Positions 1 to 9,961 of a DNA stretch of 64,000 nt are shown here, piece after piece (position 1 is the stretch's first letter; each line of letters begins with the position of its first letter). Position numbers and translations under genes: made by a program. The notes beneath the pieces are model-generated. The model was not told the DNA's origin. It did not search any database and worked only from the letters and a program-made list of their open reading frames with translations. The stretch covers positions 608,001 to 672,000 of the forward strand of contig CAWDOD010000002.1 of NCBI GenBank assembly GCA_963803805.1. Reading direction: 5' to 3'. The stretch is from an uncultured cyanobacterium (GTDB taxonomy: Bacteria; Cyanobacteriota; Cyanobacteriia; Cyanobacteriales; CAWCAG01).

Positions 1-774
1 AGTGCGATTCAAAAAGCCATTGATTATGAAATTGAACGTCAAATCGAGGCTTTAGAAACAGGAGAAACAATTCTCCAAGAAACTCGCCTTTGGCAGGAAG
101 GGAATCAATGTACCGTAAGTATGCGCATTAAGGAAGGTTCCAGCGACTATCGCTATTTCCCGGAACCAGATTTACCTCCCATTGAAGTTTCTCAAGGACA
201 ATTAACACAGTGGCAAGCTGAGTTACCGGAACTTCCTGCCAAAAAGCGTCATCATTATGAAAACAATTTGGGTCTTTCCGCCTATGATGCTAGGGTTCTA
301 ACCGATGATCGCACTATAGCTGAATATTTTGAAACGGTGGTGAAAAATGGTGCGAATCCTAAACAAGCAGTTAATTGGGTGATGGGAGATGTTGCTGCTT
401 ACTTGAATAATAATAAGTTGAGTATTACCGAAATTGCTCTCACTCCTGAGATATTGGCTGAGTTGATTGGTTTAATTGATCAAGGTACGATTAGCGGTAA
501 AATTGCCAAAGAGATATTACCTGAATTATTAGTTGGTGGCGGTTCTGCCCAAGAGTTGGTTGAGAAGAAGGGACTAGTACAAATCTCCGATACAGGAGAA
601 ATTGAAAAAATTATTGACGAAATACTCGCAGCTAATGCAGATAAGGTAGAGCAGTTTCGTAATGGCAAGACAAAAATTCGTGGCTTTTTCGTTGGTCAAG
701 TAATGAAGAAAACCAGTGGTAGAGCCGATCCAAAGCTAACTAATCAGTTGCTGAGTAAAAAACTTCAAAGTTGA
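1..774 (+). CDS. gatB: Asp-tRNA(Asn)/Glu-tRNA(Gln) amidotransferase subunit B, 5'-truncated by the window edge
   Basis: Frame 1 is open from base 1 (SAIQKAIDYEIERQ...QETRLW). It contains KEGSSDYRYFPEPDLPP and the C-terminal GFFVGQVMKKTSGRADPK. Confidence 0.97.
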   Translation, partial: SAIQKAIDYEIERQIEALETGETILQETRLWQEGNQCTVSMRIKEGSSDYRYFPEPDLPPIEVSQGQLTQWQAELPELPAKKRHHYENNLGLSAYDARVLTDDRTIAEYFETVVKNGANPKQAVNWVMGDVAAYLNNNKLSITEIALTPEILAELIGLIDQGTISGKIAKEILPELLVGGGSAQELVEKKGLVQISDTGEIEKIIDEILAANADKVEQFRNGKTKIRGFFVGQVMKKTSGRADPKLTNQLLSKKLQS

Positions 775-784
775 CAAGAGAAAT

Positions 785-806
785 AGGGGGTTGCGCCCCC
801 TTTTTT
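785..806 (+). terminator. Intrinsic terminator of gatB
   Basis: AGGGGG-TTGCG-CCCCCT hairpin followed by a T-run, about 10 nt after the stop codon. Confidence 0.8.
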
Positions 807-825
807 ATATGATTATAATGTGATA

Positions 826-883
826 AGTAGATGCACCCTGATGATTTGGGAGAGCCACTTAACTTAATTACGGCTCTCTTTTT
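826..883 (+). ncRNA. Candidate small RNA, copy 1 of a tandem array (NsiR1-like 5' end)
   Basis: TATAAT at 814-819, then AGTAGATGCACCCTGA at 826, a GAGAGCC/GGCTCTC stem (850-856/872-878) and TTTTT. Confidence 0.6.
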
Positions 884-1000
884 CTTTGCCTAATAAAGCC
901 AAGGGCAACATGACCCATTTTTATTATCCCTAATGCTCTAAACCAATGTTTGGAAAGAGCTAAATGCCCTGATTTAAAATTGCCTTATCACAATTTAGTT

Positions 1001-1052
1001 AGTAGATTCACCTTAACAACTGAGAGATTTACTTTTACAGCTTTCCTTTTTT
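1001..1052 (+). ncRNA. Candidate small RNA, copy 2 (degenerate)
   Basis: CACAAT at 989-994 with the same spacing, then AGTAGATTCACCTTAA and GAGAG..TTACTT..TTACAGCTTTCC-TTTTTT. It aligns with copy 1 along its length. Confidence 0.5.
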
Positions 1053-1153
1053 CGCCTTGAGGCTAGGTTGACTTTAGTAAAGTAATCCATGTCGATTAGA
1101 AAATAAATTTTACAGGGGTAGACCGTTTTTGTTTAAGATGCTATATTTCTCTG

Positions 1154-1209
1154 GGTAGATGCAATCTGAATTTATAATCAAGAGTGTATTTTGTACTACT
1201 CTTGAATTT
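1154..1209 (+). ncRNA. Candidate small RNA, copy 3
   Basis: TATATT at 1142-1147 with the same spacing, then GGTAGATGCAATCTGAA and a TCAAGAGT/ACTCTTGA stem (1178-1185/1198-1205). Confidence 0.45.
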
Positions 1210-1502
1210 CTCTGAAATCACTAGATTAAATTGGAACATATTTGAGAAAGCAAAAGTCTACTAGGTATTAGTAAAAATTGGCTTTTATCAATGACCTCAC
1301 CAAGAGCTAATTGGTGATATCTAGCGTATTAGATATACTATCCCCTTAATCCTGTTTTAGCTAGGGGGTAAAACCCCTCACCCCAAAATTCTAGTGCTAT
1401 TTTGTTACCGATCAAGGGAGCTAGAAGGTGGGAAGGTTAGGTCAGGATCAGGGGCTTTACTAAGATGGTCAAAATAGGCTGTAACTCTTTATCTCTGAAA
1501 GC

Positions 1503-2102
1503 TTACAATTTCTCAGTAACAGATTTCTCTTCACTATCTACCGGGGCTTCATCCCAATAAAAACGGTAGAAATAATAATCGTCAGCAAAACTTTGCTTAT
1601 CTAATACGTGATGAATCCAATCTTCATCAATTAATCTTTGCCCTAGCTTAATCGCTTGCTCTGGGGAAATTTTTAGCTTTTTTCTAAACCAAGCTACTGC
1701 TTCACTACCGATAAAACAGCGATCATAAACATTAAGCTTATAACGGCGGTCTTGAATAGATATACCATCAATATCCCGCATTTTAGTTACTAGTTTTCTC
1801 AGATCAACTTTAGAGACAACATCAGTGGTTTTCGATTTTTTAACTACTTTGGCATGGTCATCTCGATACCAAAGAGTAAAACCTCTTTTTCCTTCTACTA
1901 CCAAACACTCTACTTTGCCTTTGTGTTGCAAAAAAAATTCTCTGCTGTGTTGAATCGCATCTCTACCACGATCGAGAGGATAGGATTCTCCTTTGACATA
2001 TAGCTTGTCTTGATAGGCTATACCCTTAACTATTTTCTTCTTACCTGCTGTCTTATGACTTAATAAACAACGTTTGACATTTTTGATGCTCAAAACCAGC
2101 AT
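1503..2102 (-). CDS. DEP-domain protein
   Basis: C-terminal IQDRRYKLNVYDRCFIGSEAVAW...AIKLGQRLIDEDWIHHV...FADDYYFYRF is a typical DEP signature. Confidence 0.85.
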   Translation of the reverse strand: MLVLSIKNVKRCLLSHKTAGKKKIVKGIAYQDKLYVKGESYPLDRGRDAIQHSREFFLQHKGKVECLVVEGKRGFTLWYRDDHAKVVKKSKTTDVVSKVDLRKLVTKMRDIDGISIQDRRYKLNVYDRCFIGSEAVAWFRKKLKISPEQAIKLGQRLIDEDWIHHVLDKQSFADDYYFYRFYWDEAPVDSEEKSVTEKL

Positions 2103-2172
2103 AGACTTTCCCCTGATAAACTAACGACTCATACCATTAATCATTTATCATTAAACATCGATTATTTTTCCA

Positions 2173-3198
2173 TTAATAACGAATACGTGGATCTATATAA
2201 GCATTGACAATATCAATCAGAATACTGACTACAACAACAATGCCGCCAAAAAAGACCATAATTCCCTGTACAGTAGGATAATCTCGCAAGGAGATGGCTT
2301 CGTAGAGACGATTACCTAAACCAGGCCAAGAAAAAGTAACTTCTGTTAAGACAGCCCCTCCCAACAAAGCAGCAAAAGTTAAGCCCAAAACCGTAATCAC
2401 GGGAATGAGGGCATTTTTTAGAGCATGGTTAAACAGGATTGTCTTTTCCGAAATGCCCCTTGCCCTAGCTGCTTCAACATAATCTGCTTGTAGAGTTTGC
2501 TTAAGGTTAACCCTAACAATGCGCTCGAATATGCCACTAAGAAGAATACCTAAACACAGACAAGGTAAAGCAAGGTAGTGGAGGGTAATTAATAATTGGC
2601 TGAAATTCCCGGACAAAATACTATCAATGGTATATAACCCGGTAATTGTTTCTGGTGGCATAGTACCCACTGGAAAGCGAGTTCCTAAAGGAAACCAGCC
2701 TAACTGCACAGAGAAAATTAACTGTACAATCATTCCTACCCAAAATAAAGGTAAAGAATAGGTGATGATGCCAAATAAACGGCCTCCCACATCAAAAATA
2801 GTACCCGGCCTTGAAGCAGAAAGCATCCCTACCCCCACACCTACGATCACGGCGATCACCATACCAAATAAGGATAATTCTACAGTAGCAGGAAAATACT
2901 GTTGGATGGTTTCCCATACCGATTGACCTCTACTCGTCAAAGAGGAACCTAAATCTAAACTAAGCAATTGCTTGAGGTAGTTAAGATATTGTAACCAAAG
3001 AGGATTAGCTAGTCCTAATTCTTCCCTCAACGCCACCTTAGCTGATTCCGGAGCGCGCGCACCTAAAATAGCATCAGCAGGATCTCCGGGAGTTGCCCTC
3101 AATAACAGAAAAACCAAGGTGGTAATGGTTAGTAGCATTAAAGGGGCAAGGAATAAACGGGTTAGGACATAGTATTGTAGGGCTTTGGAACGAGACAT
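2173..3198 (-). CDS. Peptide/nickel ABC transporter permease (DppB/OppB family)
   Basis: PGDPA motif, EAA loop (DYVEAARARG), HALKNALIP and the C-terminal DPRIRY. Confidence 0.92.
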   Translation of the reverse strand: MSRSKALQYYVLTRLFLAPLMLLTITTLVFLLLRATPGDPADAILGARAPESAKVALREELGLANPLWLQYLNYLKQLLSLDLGSSLTSRGQSVWETIQQYFPATVELSLFGMVIAVIVGVGVGMLSASRPGTIFDVGGRLFGIITYSLPLFWVGMIVQLIFSVQLGWFPLGTRFPVGTMPPETITGLYTIDSILSGNFSQLLITLHYLALPCLCLGILLSGIFERIVRVNLKQTLQADYVEAARARGISEKTILFNHALKNALIPVITVLGLTFAALLGGAVLTEVTFSWPGLGNRLYEAISLRDYPTVQGIMVFFGGIVVVVSILIDIVNAYIDPRIRY

Positions 3199-3395
3199 AT
3201 CAGTTATTCAGTTATCAAAATGATGTCTTTGACAAGGGTAAACCCTACAAGGTAAGGCTTGCCGTTGCCGTTAAGCATCAGACAGTTTTTTGTCATTATT
3301 AACTTAACCTGTAAAGTCTCTCTCTTGGCCAAATGAAACAACCTAACTGCTCTAATTAAGCTAGAATTGCTTTTCATTAGTTTACAGAGCAGAAG

Positions 3396-4991
3396 ATGAA
3401 TTTTCTCGATCGGGGTGAAAAAGCTTTTTTTACTCCTCTTCTGATGGATAAGCCAGTAATTAAACAAACTATCTTGCTTATAGAGGGCGGGATCGATAAC
3501 TTGCGAATTTTGTCAAGTATCTTAGAATCCCGTGGCTACCAAGTTAAGAAGGTGGTACGGGGCAAGTTTGCTTTAAAGGTTGTAGAGACAATCCAACCAG
3601 ACTTAATCTTACTAGGCATTCATTTACCTGATATCAACGGTTACGAGGTCTGCCGACAGCTTAAAACCATGGTATTAATTAAAGAGATTCCCATAATTTT
3701 TATTAGTGCTTCCAATCTAATTAAAGATAAAGTTAAAGCGTTCACTTTAGGAGGTATAGACTATATAGACAAGCCTTTTTATCAAGAAGAAATTATTGTC
3801 CGTGTTGAAAACCAATTATATTTGCGTTTTCTCCAAAATCAACTACAAAAAATTGCCCAGAAATTTCAAGAAAAAAGTAGCAGTCTCCGCAAAGAACTCC
3901 GGGAACGTCGCCACTCAGAAATGGAAGTGCGCTTATTATTAGCAGTTACTCAAACCTTAGAAAGAGTTCCAAACTTAAATGCTGCTTTTGAGGTAGTTTT
4001 ACGCTTAATTTGCCAAAGTATTCGTTGGGATTTAGCAGAAGCCTGGTTGCCAAAGGAAGTAGAGGTAAGGGACTCCTCGCCTCTACTAGAATGTAATTGT
4101 ATTTGGCATCTACCAGATGAGCAATTAGAAACCTTTCAACAAAAAAGTGAAAACCTAACCCTTCCAGCAACTGCTGGCTTACCGGGGCGAGTTTTTGCTT
4201 CCCAACAGCCAGAATGGATTGAAGAGGTAGTTAAAGAAGAATCTTGTCTATGGCGTGACTCTCAAGCAATTGCAGCCGCAGAATTTAAAACTTCTTTGGG
4301 AGTTCCTGTCATAGCAGAAGGAAAAGTTGTGGTGGTGTTAGTTTTCTTCACCAGAAATCCTAGTCCATTTAACCAACGTACCCTCGATTTAATCGAAGCT
4401 ATTAGTACTCAAATTGGTTCATTAATCCAGCGCCGTAAAACAGAAAATGCTTTAATAGAGGCTAATCAAAAACTAGAACGCCTTGTTAATATAGATGGCT
4501 TAACCGGAGTTGCTAACCGCAGGTGTTTTGATGAGTATTTGTTTAGGCAATGGCAGCAAGAATCTCCCGTTTCTTTAATTCTCTGTGATGTAGATTTCTT
4601 CAAACTTTATAATGATACCTATGGGCATCAAACCGGAGATGATTGCCTACAAAAAATTGCTCAGATGATTAATACAGTTGTTACCCAACCTCCTAATTTG
4701 GTAGCGCGTTATGGTGGTGAAGAATTTGTGGTTATTTTACCCAATACCAATATTGAAGAAGCAGTTCAAATGGCTGAAACCATCCGCCAAGAAGTAAAAG
4801 CCCTGGAAATTCCCCATAACCGTTCTCCTATTAGCAGAGTTGTTACCTTGAGTATTGGGGTAGCTAGTACTATCCCGCAACCAGAAAACCATCCCCACCA
4901 TCTGATCGAAAACAGCGATCGCGCCCTTTATGCCGCCAAAGCAGGAGGGAGAAATTGCGTTTTAGCAGCAAAACAATTACTTTATCCGTAA
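3396..4991 (+). CDS. Diguanylate cyclase, REC(degenerate)-GAF-GGDEF; start may be the ATG at 3444
   Basis: DGLTGVANRR, DVDFFKLYNDTYGH, ARYGGEEF and ALYAAKAGGRN. A central GAF (GLPGRV) follows an N-terminal receiver fold. Confidence 0.92.
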   Translation: MNFLDRGEKAFFTPLLMDKPVIKQTILLIEGGIDNLRILSSILESRGYQVKKVVRGKFALKVVETIQPDLILLGIHLPDINGYEVCRQLKTMVLIKEIPIIFISASNLIKDKVKAFTLGGIDYIDKPFYQEEIIVRVENQLYLRFLQNQLQKIAQKFQEKSSSLRKELRERRHSEMEVRLLLAVTQTLERVPNLNAAFEVVLRLICQSIRWDLAEAWLPKEVEVRDSSPLLECNCIWHLPDEQLETFQQKSENLTLPATAGLPGRVFASQQPEWIEEVVKEESCLWRDSQAIAAAEFKTSLGVPVIAEGKVVVVLVFFTRNPSPFNQRTLDLIEAISTQIGSLIQRRKTENALIEANQKLERLVNIDGLTGVANRRCFDEYLFRQWQQESPVSLILCDVDFFKLYNDTYGHQTGDDCLQKIAQMINTVVTQPPNLVARYGGEEFVVILPNTNIEEAVQMAETIRQEVKALEIPHNRSPISRVVTLSIGVASTIPQPENHPHHLIENSDRALYAAKAGGRNCVLAAKQLLYP

Positions 4992-5046
4992 GAAGAAGGA
5001 AGAAGGGAGAAGGGGGTAGTAAATAAGGAAATAAACTTGTTACTTA

Positions 5047-8000
5047 TTACCATTCTCTAATATCAACGGTAAAAGCTAAAACTGTCTCATCAATTCCTTT
5101 GAGGGTAAGGGGGCGACATTTGGTGATTTCATCATCTTGCAAATAGTCTGCCACCGTCGCAGAAACAATGATTTTGTTGGGTTCGGCAGCTTCTTGTAGC
5201 CGGGCTGCAATATTAACTGCGGGTCCAATAGCAGTATAATCAGCCCTCTGTCCCCCACCAAACATTCCTACCACAGCCGTCCCTTGATGAATACCACAAC
5301 GAAACTTCACTAAGGGCAAAGCGTGTTTGCTGAGGAAGCCTTGTTCTTCCCATTTTTGATTCAATGCTTTCAGAGAATGGTGCATTTGCCGAGAAGCGGC
5401 GATCGCTCTTCTCACTTGTTCATTGGGGGTAAGTTCTTCCGGCGCTCCAAATAAAGCGACAATAGCATCACCAATAAATTTATCCACTGTTCCGCCATTA
5501 GCAAATACCGCTTCTGTCATCGCCTCAAGATACTCGTTAAGCAGTTGGGCAACTCGGCGCGATCGCAGGGTGTTAGATAGTTGGGTAAAGCCAACTATAT
5601 CACTAAATAAAATTGTCACTAAATGAGGTTCAGGGCGCAAATCCAAAGCTAATTCTCCCCTCGCTGCCTTTTTTACCATTGCCGGGGGTAAGAAGCGTTT
5701 GAGAACTGATTCGGTAAGATAGCTGTTGAGTTGCTTAACCCTCTTTTCATTAGCCTTCAGTGCCAACAAGTTGCGTACCTCGGCCAACAATTCCCGATTA
5801 TTAAAAGGCTTCGATAAATAAGCATCTGCCCCTCTTTCTGTTCCCTCAATGCGACTCGCTTCGTCGGCTTTGGCCGTTAAAAGGATGATTGGCGTACCTT
5901 GTAATTCCTTGTGATCACGAATTTGACGCATCATTTCTGTACCAGAAAGTACCGGCATCATCAAATCGGTGATAATCAAGTGAGGAGGATTGGCCAAAGC
6001 GAGGTTAAATCCTGCCTCACCATTATGGGCGCTACGAACTCGATAACCGGCTTCCCGTAAAATCTGTGAGACATAAACCCGTAAGTCGGCGTTGTCATCT
6101 ACTACCATAATTAAGGAGTGGGAAGCATCCTCTAACCTATCTTCATAACGCTCTACTTCCAATATCTTCCCTTCTAAATCTGCCAATTCTATTGTGCCGC
6201 GACTTAGCTGTAATCCTTCAGAAACTTCTGATACTTGTTTGGCTGGTAAATGGGCAGTTCCTGTTTGTAGCCAAACGGTAAAAGTTGTGCCTTGATCGAG
6301 GACAGACTCTACTTTAACCTGCCCTTTGTGTAACTCTACCAACTCTTTGACTAAAGCTAATCCTAAGCCGCTACCTTCATGGGAACGATCTACGGAGCCC
6401 TCTACTTGGTGGAAACGATCAAAGAGAAATTGCAGATGGGAAGGTGCGATACCGATACCTGTATCTTTCACTTGAAATTGAATAAGGTTGCCTACAGGAG
6501 CAATGCTTACTTGGATACTTCCCCCCGGTTTGGTGAATTTCATGGCATTAGAGAGAAGATTATAAATCACCTTATCAAACTTCTCTAAATCCACATAAAC
6601 TTGCGGACAATGTTGCAAGTCAGTTTTAATAACTAGGCCCTTTTTGTGGCAGTGGGGACGGAAGGTTTCCACAATTTGTTCGATAACTTCCCCCAAGTTA
6701 CAAGGATGAAACTTCGGTTGCATTCTCCTGGCATCTAAGCGTTGCAAATCTAGTAATTGGTTCACTAACCTCAATAAGCGCCTAGAGTTGCGTAGAGCAA
6801 TTTTAGCCTGTTCTGGAGAAATACCCTTGCCTTGACTAACAGCAGCCTCTAAAGGCCCAATAGTTAAGGTTAAAGGAGTACGAAACTCATGGGAAACGTT
6901 TTGGAAAAATTCTGTTTTTTGTCGATTTAACTCTAAAAGACTTTCTGCTTGCTGTCTAGTTTGTTGATAAAGACGAGAATGTTTTACGGCGATCGCTGCC
7001 TGGGAGGCTACAGCTTCGGCTAATTCGGCTTCGGCATTTGTCCAGTTACGAGGCAAATTTTCTTGGCGTAGGGAAATGCTGCCAATAATCTTCTCATCAA
7101 CAATTAAAGGAACTAATAATAAAGCACGGGCAGGAGAGCGAAAGGGTAAATTAGGACTCACCTCTAAAGGTTTAGTCTTCAAATCATCTACCACTACAGG
7201 CTTTTTTGTTTCCAGTAGCTCCTGTAACAGAGAATTGCCTGTAATTGGTACAAAAGATTGGGGAATAAGTTGAGCAGAACTTGGGGCTGCTAAATGATTA
7301 TTACCTTCTTCTTCAGCATATTCCCCAAAAGCTCTGGCTTCCCTGCCATCATATAAACCAACACACTGCACAAAATCGTCTTCTTCTTGCCATAAAGATA
7401 AAGCACAACCATCTACTTTGAGAGCCTGTCCCAACTCTTTGGTAATGGCCATAAAAATTTCTTGAGGTTCTAAAGAAGAGCGAATAACGGTGGTAATATT
7501 ATTAACTAAGGCTTCCCTTTGAGCCGAAGCTCTAACTTGTTCATAAGCACGAGCTTGGGAAATTGCTAAAGCTGCTTGATCCGCTACCATCTCCGTTAAT
7601 TTAACTTCCTCTTCTTCCCAGGTATGGGGTGTATGGCATTGATGTAAAGCGAGCATGGCCATCAGTTCCCCTTGAAAGATAAAAGGTACAATTAAAGTCG
7701 AACGAATATCAGCTTTTTCTAGGGCAATGCCCCTATGTTCATTGCCATTAAACCTCTCATCTTTCCTTGCATCGTTAATAATTTCAATTTGCTCAGTTTC
7801 CCAGACTAATTCCAAAGGACAAAGTATCTGGGACAATTCCTGATCTTCTTTTTGGTAAATAAACCATTCTCCGTCCCGTAACAAATGCTCGGCAGCTAGG
7901 GGACGTAAAATGCCAACATCTACCTCCAGCATCTTACCCACAGTATTAACAATAGTTTGCAGAACTTCTTTTAAAGGAGAGTCTCCCGGAGAACCATGTT

Positions 8001-8475
8001 CTGCATTCCTAATGGTACTAATTATGGAATTAAGCAAAGATTCTCGACGTAGCAACCGACGCAAACCTTCCGTCCTTACTTTAAGAACATTGTGGGTATC
8101 TAGCGCCTGTTTAACCACCACCATTAGCTCTTCTTCCTGCCAAGGTTTGGTAACGTACTTAAATACCTTACCTGTATTGATCGCTTCTACTAAATCGCCA
8201 ACATCAGTATAACCAGTTAAAATAATCCTAATTACGTCGGGATACTGCACTGCCGAAAGACTAAGTAACTCCGTTCCGCTCATTTTTGGCATTCGTTGAT
8301 CGGAGATAATAACTGCTATATTTTCTTCCCTAGCCAGAATCTCTAAAGCCATAGGACCATTTTGGGCAGTCAATACCTGATAGTCTCGATAAAAAGTACG
8401 ATACAAAAGGTCGAGATTATGCTGCTCGTCATCAACTACCAGAATTTTTGGTTTATTCCTATTTGGGGATATCAT
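5047..8475 (-). CDS. cyaC: Hybrid sensor kinase/adenylate cyclase CyaC (REC-GAF-GAF-HisKA-HATPase-REC-class III cyclase)
   Basis: IISDQRMP; SHEFRTPL; NLLSNAMKFT, DTGIGI, GSGLGL; ITDLMMP; FSDIVGFT, DKFIGDA, VNIAARLQ. Confidence 0.93.
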   Translation of the reverse strand: MISPNRNKPKILVVDDEQHNLDLLYRTFYRDYQVLTAQNGPMALEILAREENIAVIISDQRMPKMSGTELLSLSAVQYPDVIRIILTGYTDVGDLVEAINTGKVFKYVTKPWQEEELMVVVKQALDTHNVLKVRTEGLRRLLRRESLLNSIISTIRNAEHGSPGDSPLKEVLQTIVNTVGKMLEVDVGILRPLAAEHLLRDGEWFIYQKEDQELSQILCPLELVWETEQIEIINDARKDERFNGNEHRGIALEKADIRSTLIVPFIFQGELMAMLALHQCHTPHTWEEEEVKLTEMVADQAALAISQARAYEQVRASAQREALVNNITTVIRSSLEPQEIFMAITKELGQALKVDGCALSLWQEEDDFVQCVGLYDGREARAFGEYAEEEGNNHLAAPSSAQLIPQSFVPITGNSLLQELLETKKPVVVDDLKTKPLEVSPNLPFRSPARALLLVPLIVDEKIIGSISLRQENLPRNWTNAEAELAEAVASQAAIAVKHSRLYQQTRQQAESLLELNRQKTEFFQNVSHEFRTPLTLTIGPLEAAVSQGKGISPEQAKIALRNSRRLLRLVNQLLDLQRLDARRMQPKFHPCNLGEVIEQIVETFRPHCHKKGLVIKTDLQHCPQVYVDLEKFDKVIYNLLSNAMKFTKPGGSIQVSIAPVGNLIQFQVKDTGIGIAPSHLQFLFDRFHQVEGSVDRSHEGSGLGLALVKELVELHKGQVKVESVLDQGTTFTVWLQTGTAHLPAKQVSEVSEGLQLSRGTIELADLEGKILEVERYEDRLEDASHSLIMVVDDNADLRVYVSQILREAGYRVRSAHNGEAGFNLALANPPHLIITDLMMPVLSGTEMMRQIRDHKELQGTPIILLTAKADEASRIEGTERGADAYLSKPFNNRELLAEVRNLLALKANEKRVKQLNSYLTESVLKRFLPPAMVKKAARGELALDLRPEPHLVTILFSDIVGFTQLSNTLRSRRVAQLLNEYLEAMTEAVFANGGTVDKFIGDAIVALFGAPEELTPNEQVRRAIAASRQMHHSLKALNQKWEEQGFLSKHALPLVKFRCGIHQGTAVVGMFGGGQRADYTAIGPAVNIAARLQEAAEPNKIIVSATVADYLQDDEITKCRPLTLKGIDETVLAFTVDIREW

Positions 8476-9093
8476 GCCCCGTCTCCTGCTAAATTGAGCT
8501 AGTAGTTATTAAGAAAGGGAATTTTGCCTTTCAGCGATGCTTGAGTTGATGATTGATGAGTTTTGAGTACAAATACTTAAACACCTAGAATGGTTAAAGT
8601 ATTTGCAAACTAGATAGCCACTGCCATTAGCCGAACTCGATGTAACACCCCAATAAAAGCAAATGGCACTAACTACGGCACAGCACTACCCGGACTAAAT
8701 TAACCCGGTGAAATTTGAAAACTTTTAAGGTTAAAAATCAACTAAATTCAACCTTTATCAAGAAATATTGCTCTATCTAACAGTGCCATATTGGTTTAAG
8801 ATGCCTCAATCTAGACTAGCTTATGGTTGCTTAGGAAGGGAACAGCAATACCTCGTAGCATATCCTGTATAAGCACGTAAAGCTTTTATGTGATTTATTC
8901 TAAGATAGTTAAGTTAGTTGTCATGGCTAACTTCAGACCTGATAAACTTGTATAGAGATAAAATATCTAAATAACCAGCCTGCTCATTAACTATTTCCTT
9001 ATTTAACCATTAATACAAAGCCATTTTATGCTCAGAAAATCTCCTCTGGGTTCTTGCTAAATTCCTCACTTCTTTCTACACCCGAACTTAGTT

Positions 9094-9709
9094 GTGAATT
9101 CTTGCTTTTCTCCTCTAACACCATCTCTGCAAACTTCTGTTGGTTCTGTAGCTAATTACTCCCAATTGCGCATTCGTACTGCTCATGTTAGTGATTCTGA
9201 GCAATTTAGCGACAGTTCTTGCAGAAAGCTTTCATCCTCCTGAAGGATGGATGAGTTTGATTTACCCAGTTTTAAAATTAGGAATTTACGAAGATTTACG
9301 CTCTCGCCTCCATTTTAGTTCAAACAATTATCTTTGCTTAGTGGCAAGCATTCCTTTTTCCGGACTGAATAAGAATAATGAAGTTGCTATTGCTACAGTA
9401 GAAATGGCTTTACGTTCTCACTGTTTTCCCTTAGAAGAGCCACGTTATCCTTACATTTCTAATTTAGCAGTTAGAAAAGCTCACCGTAGAAAAGGTATTG
9501 CTTGTAAACTACTAGTAAATTGTGAGCAAAAAGCTCTTGAGTGGGGTTTTTCCGAGTTATATTTGCACGTCTTAGATAATAACGAACAGGCTAAGCAACT
9601 TTATTTTAATCACGGTTATCAAGTCTGTAGGGTAGAACCTAGTTGTAGTGCTTGGTTGTTTAAAAATCCCCGTCGCTTATTTCTTCGTAAGTACTTAGTC
9701 AATACTTAA
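9094..9709 (+). CDS. GNAT acetyltransferase with an apparent +1 frameshift at ~9195
   Basis: YISNLAVRKAHRRKGIA and LHVLDNNEQAKQLY. The upstream frame from GTG 9094 reads ...LRIRTAHVSD and joins LSNLATVLAESFH if one T of GATTC (9193-9197) is removed. Confidence 0.8.
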
Positions 9710-9961
9710 GTTACTCTGAAAAAACATTTTAAAATATACCTAAGCTAGGATGCTGACTATATTACAAAGACTTGCTCTAGAATTTCCCTCTGTTCTCTAC
9801 TTTCCGGACAAGTGTAATATATGAGAACCAAAGTTGAGCATTTTTACTAACCTCAATTTTAGGTTAATTACATCGATCATGCTAATTTCGTACCGATCTA
9901 AACAAATAACTTAAGAATAGTACTTCATATCTTCACTCCCCAGTCTCCTTTGTTATTCACC

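Noticed and set aside
814-1209. The repeated units as a CRISPR array
   Set aside because: The shared part is only ~10-16 nt, the period is 153-175 nt, and there are no cas genes.
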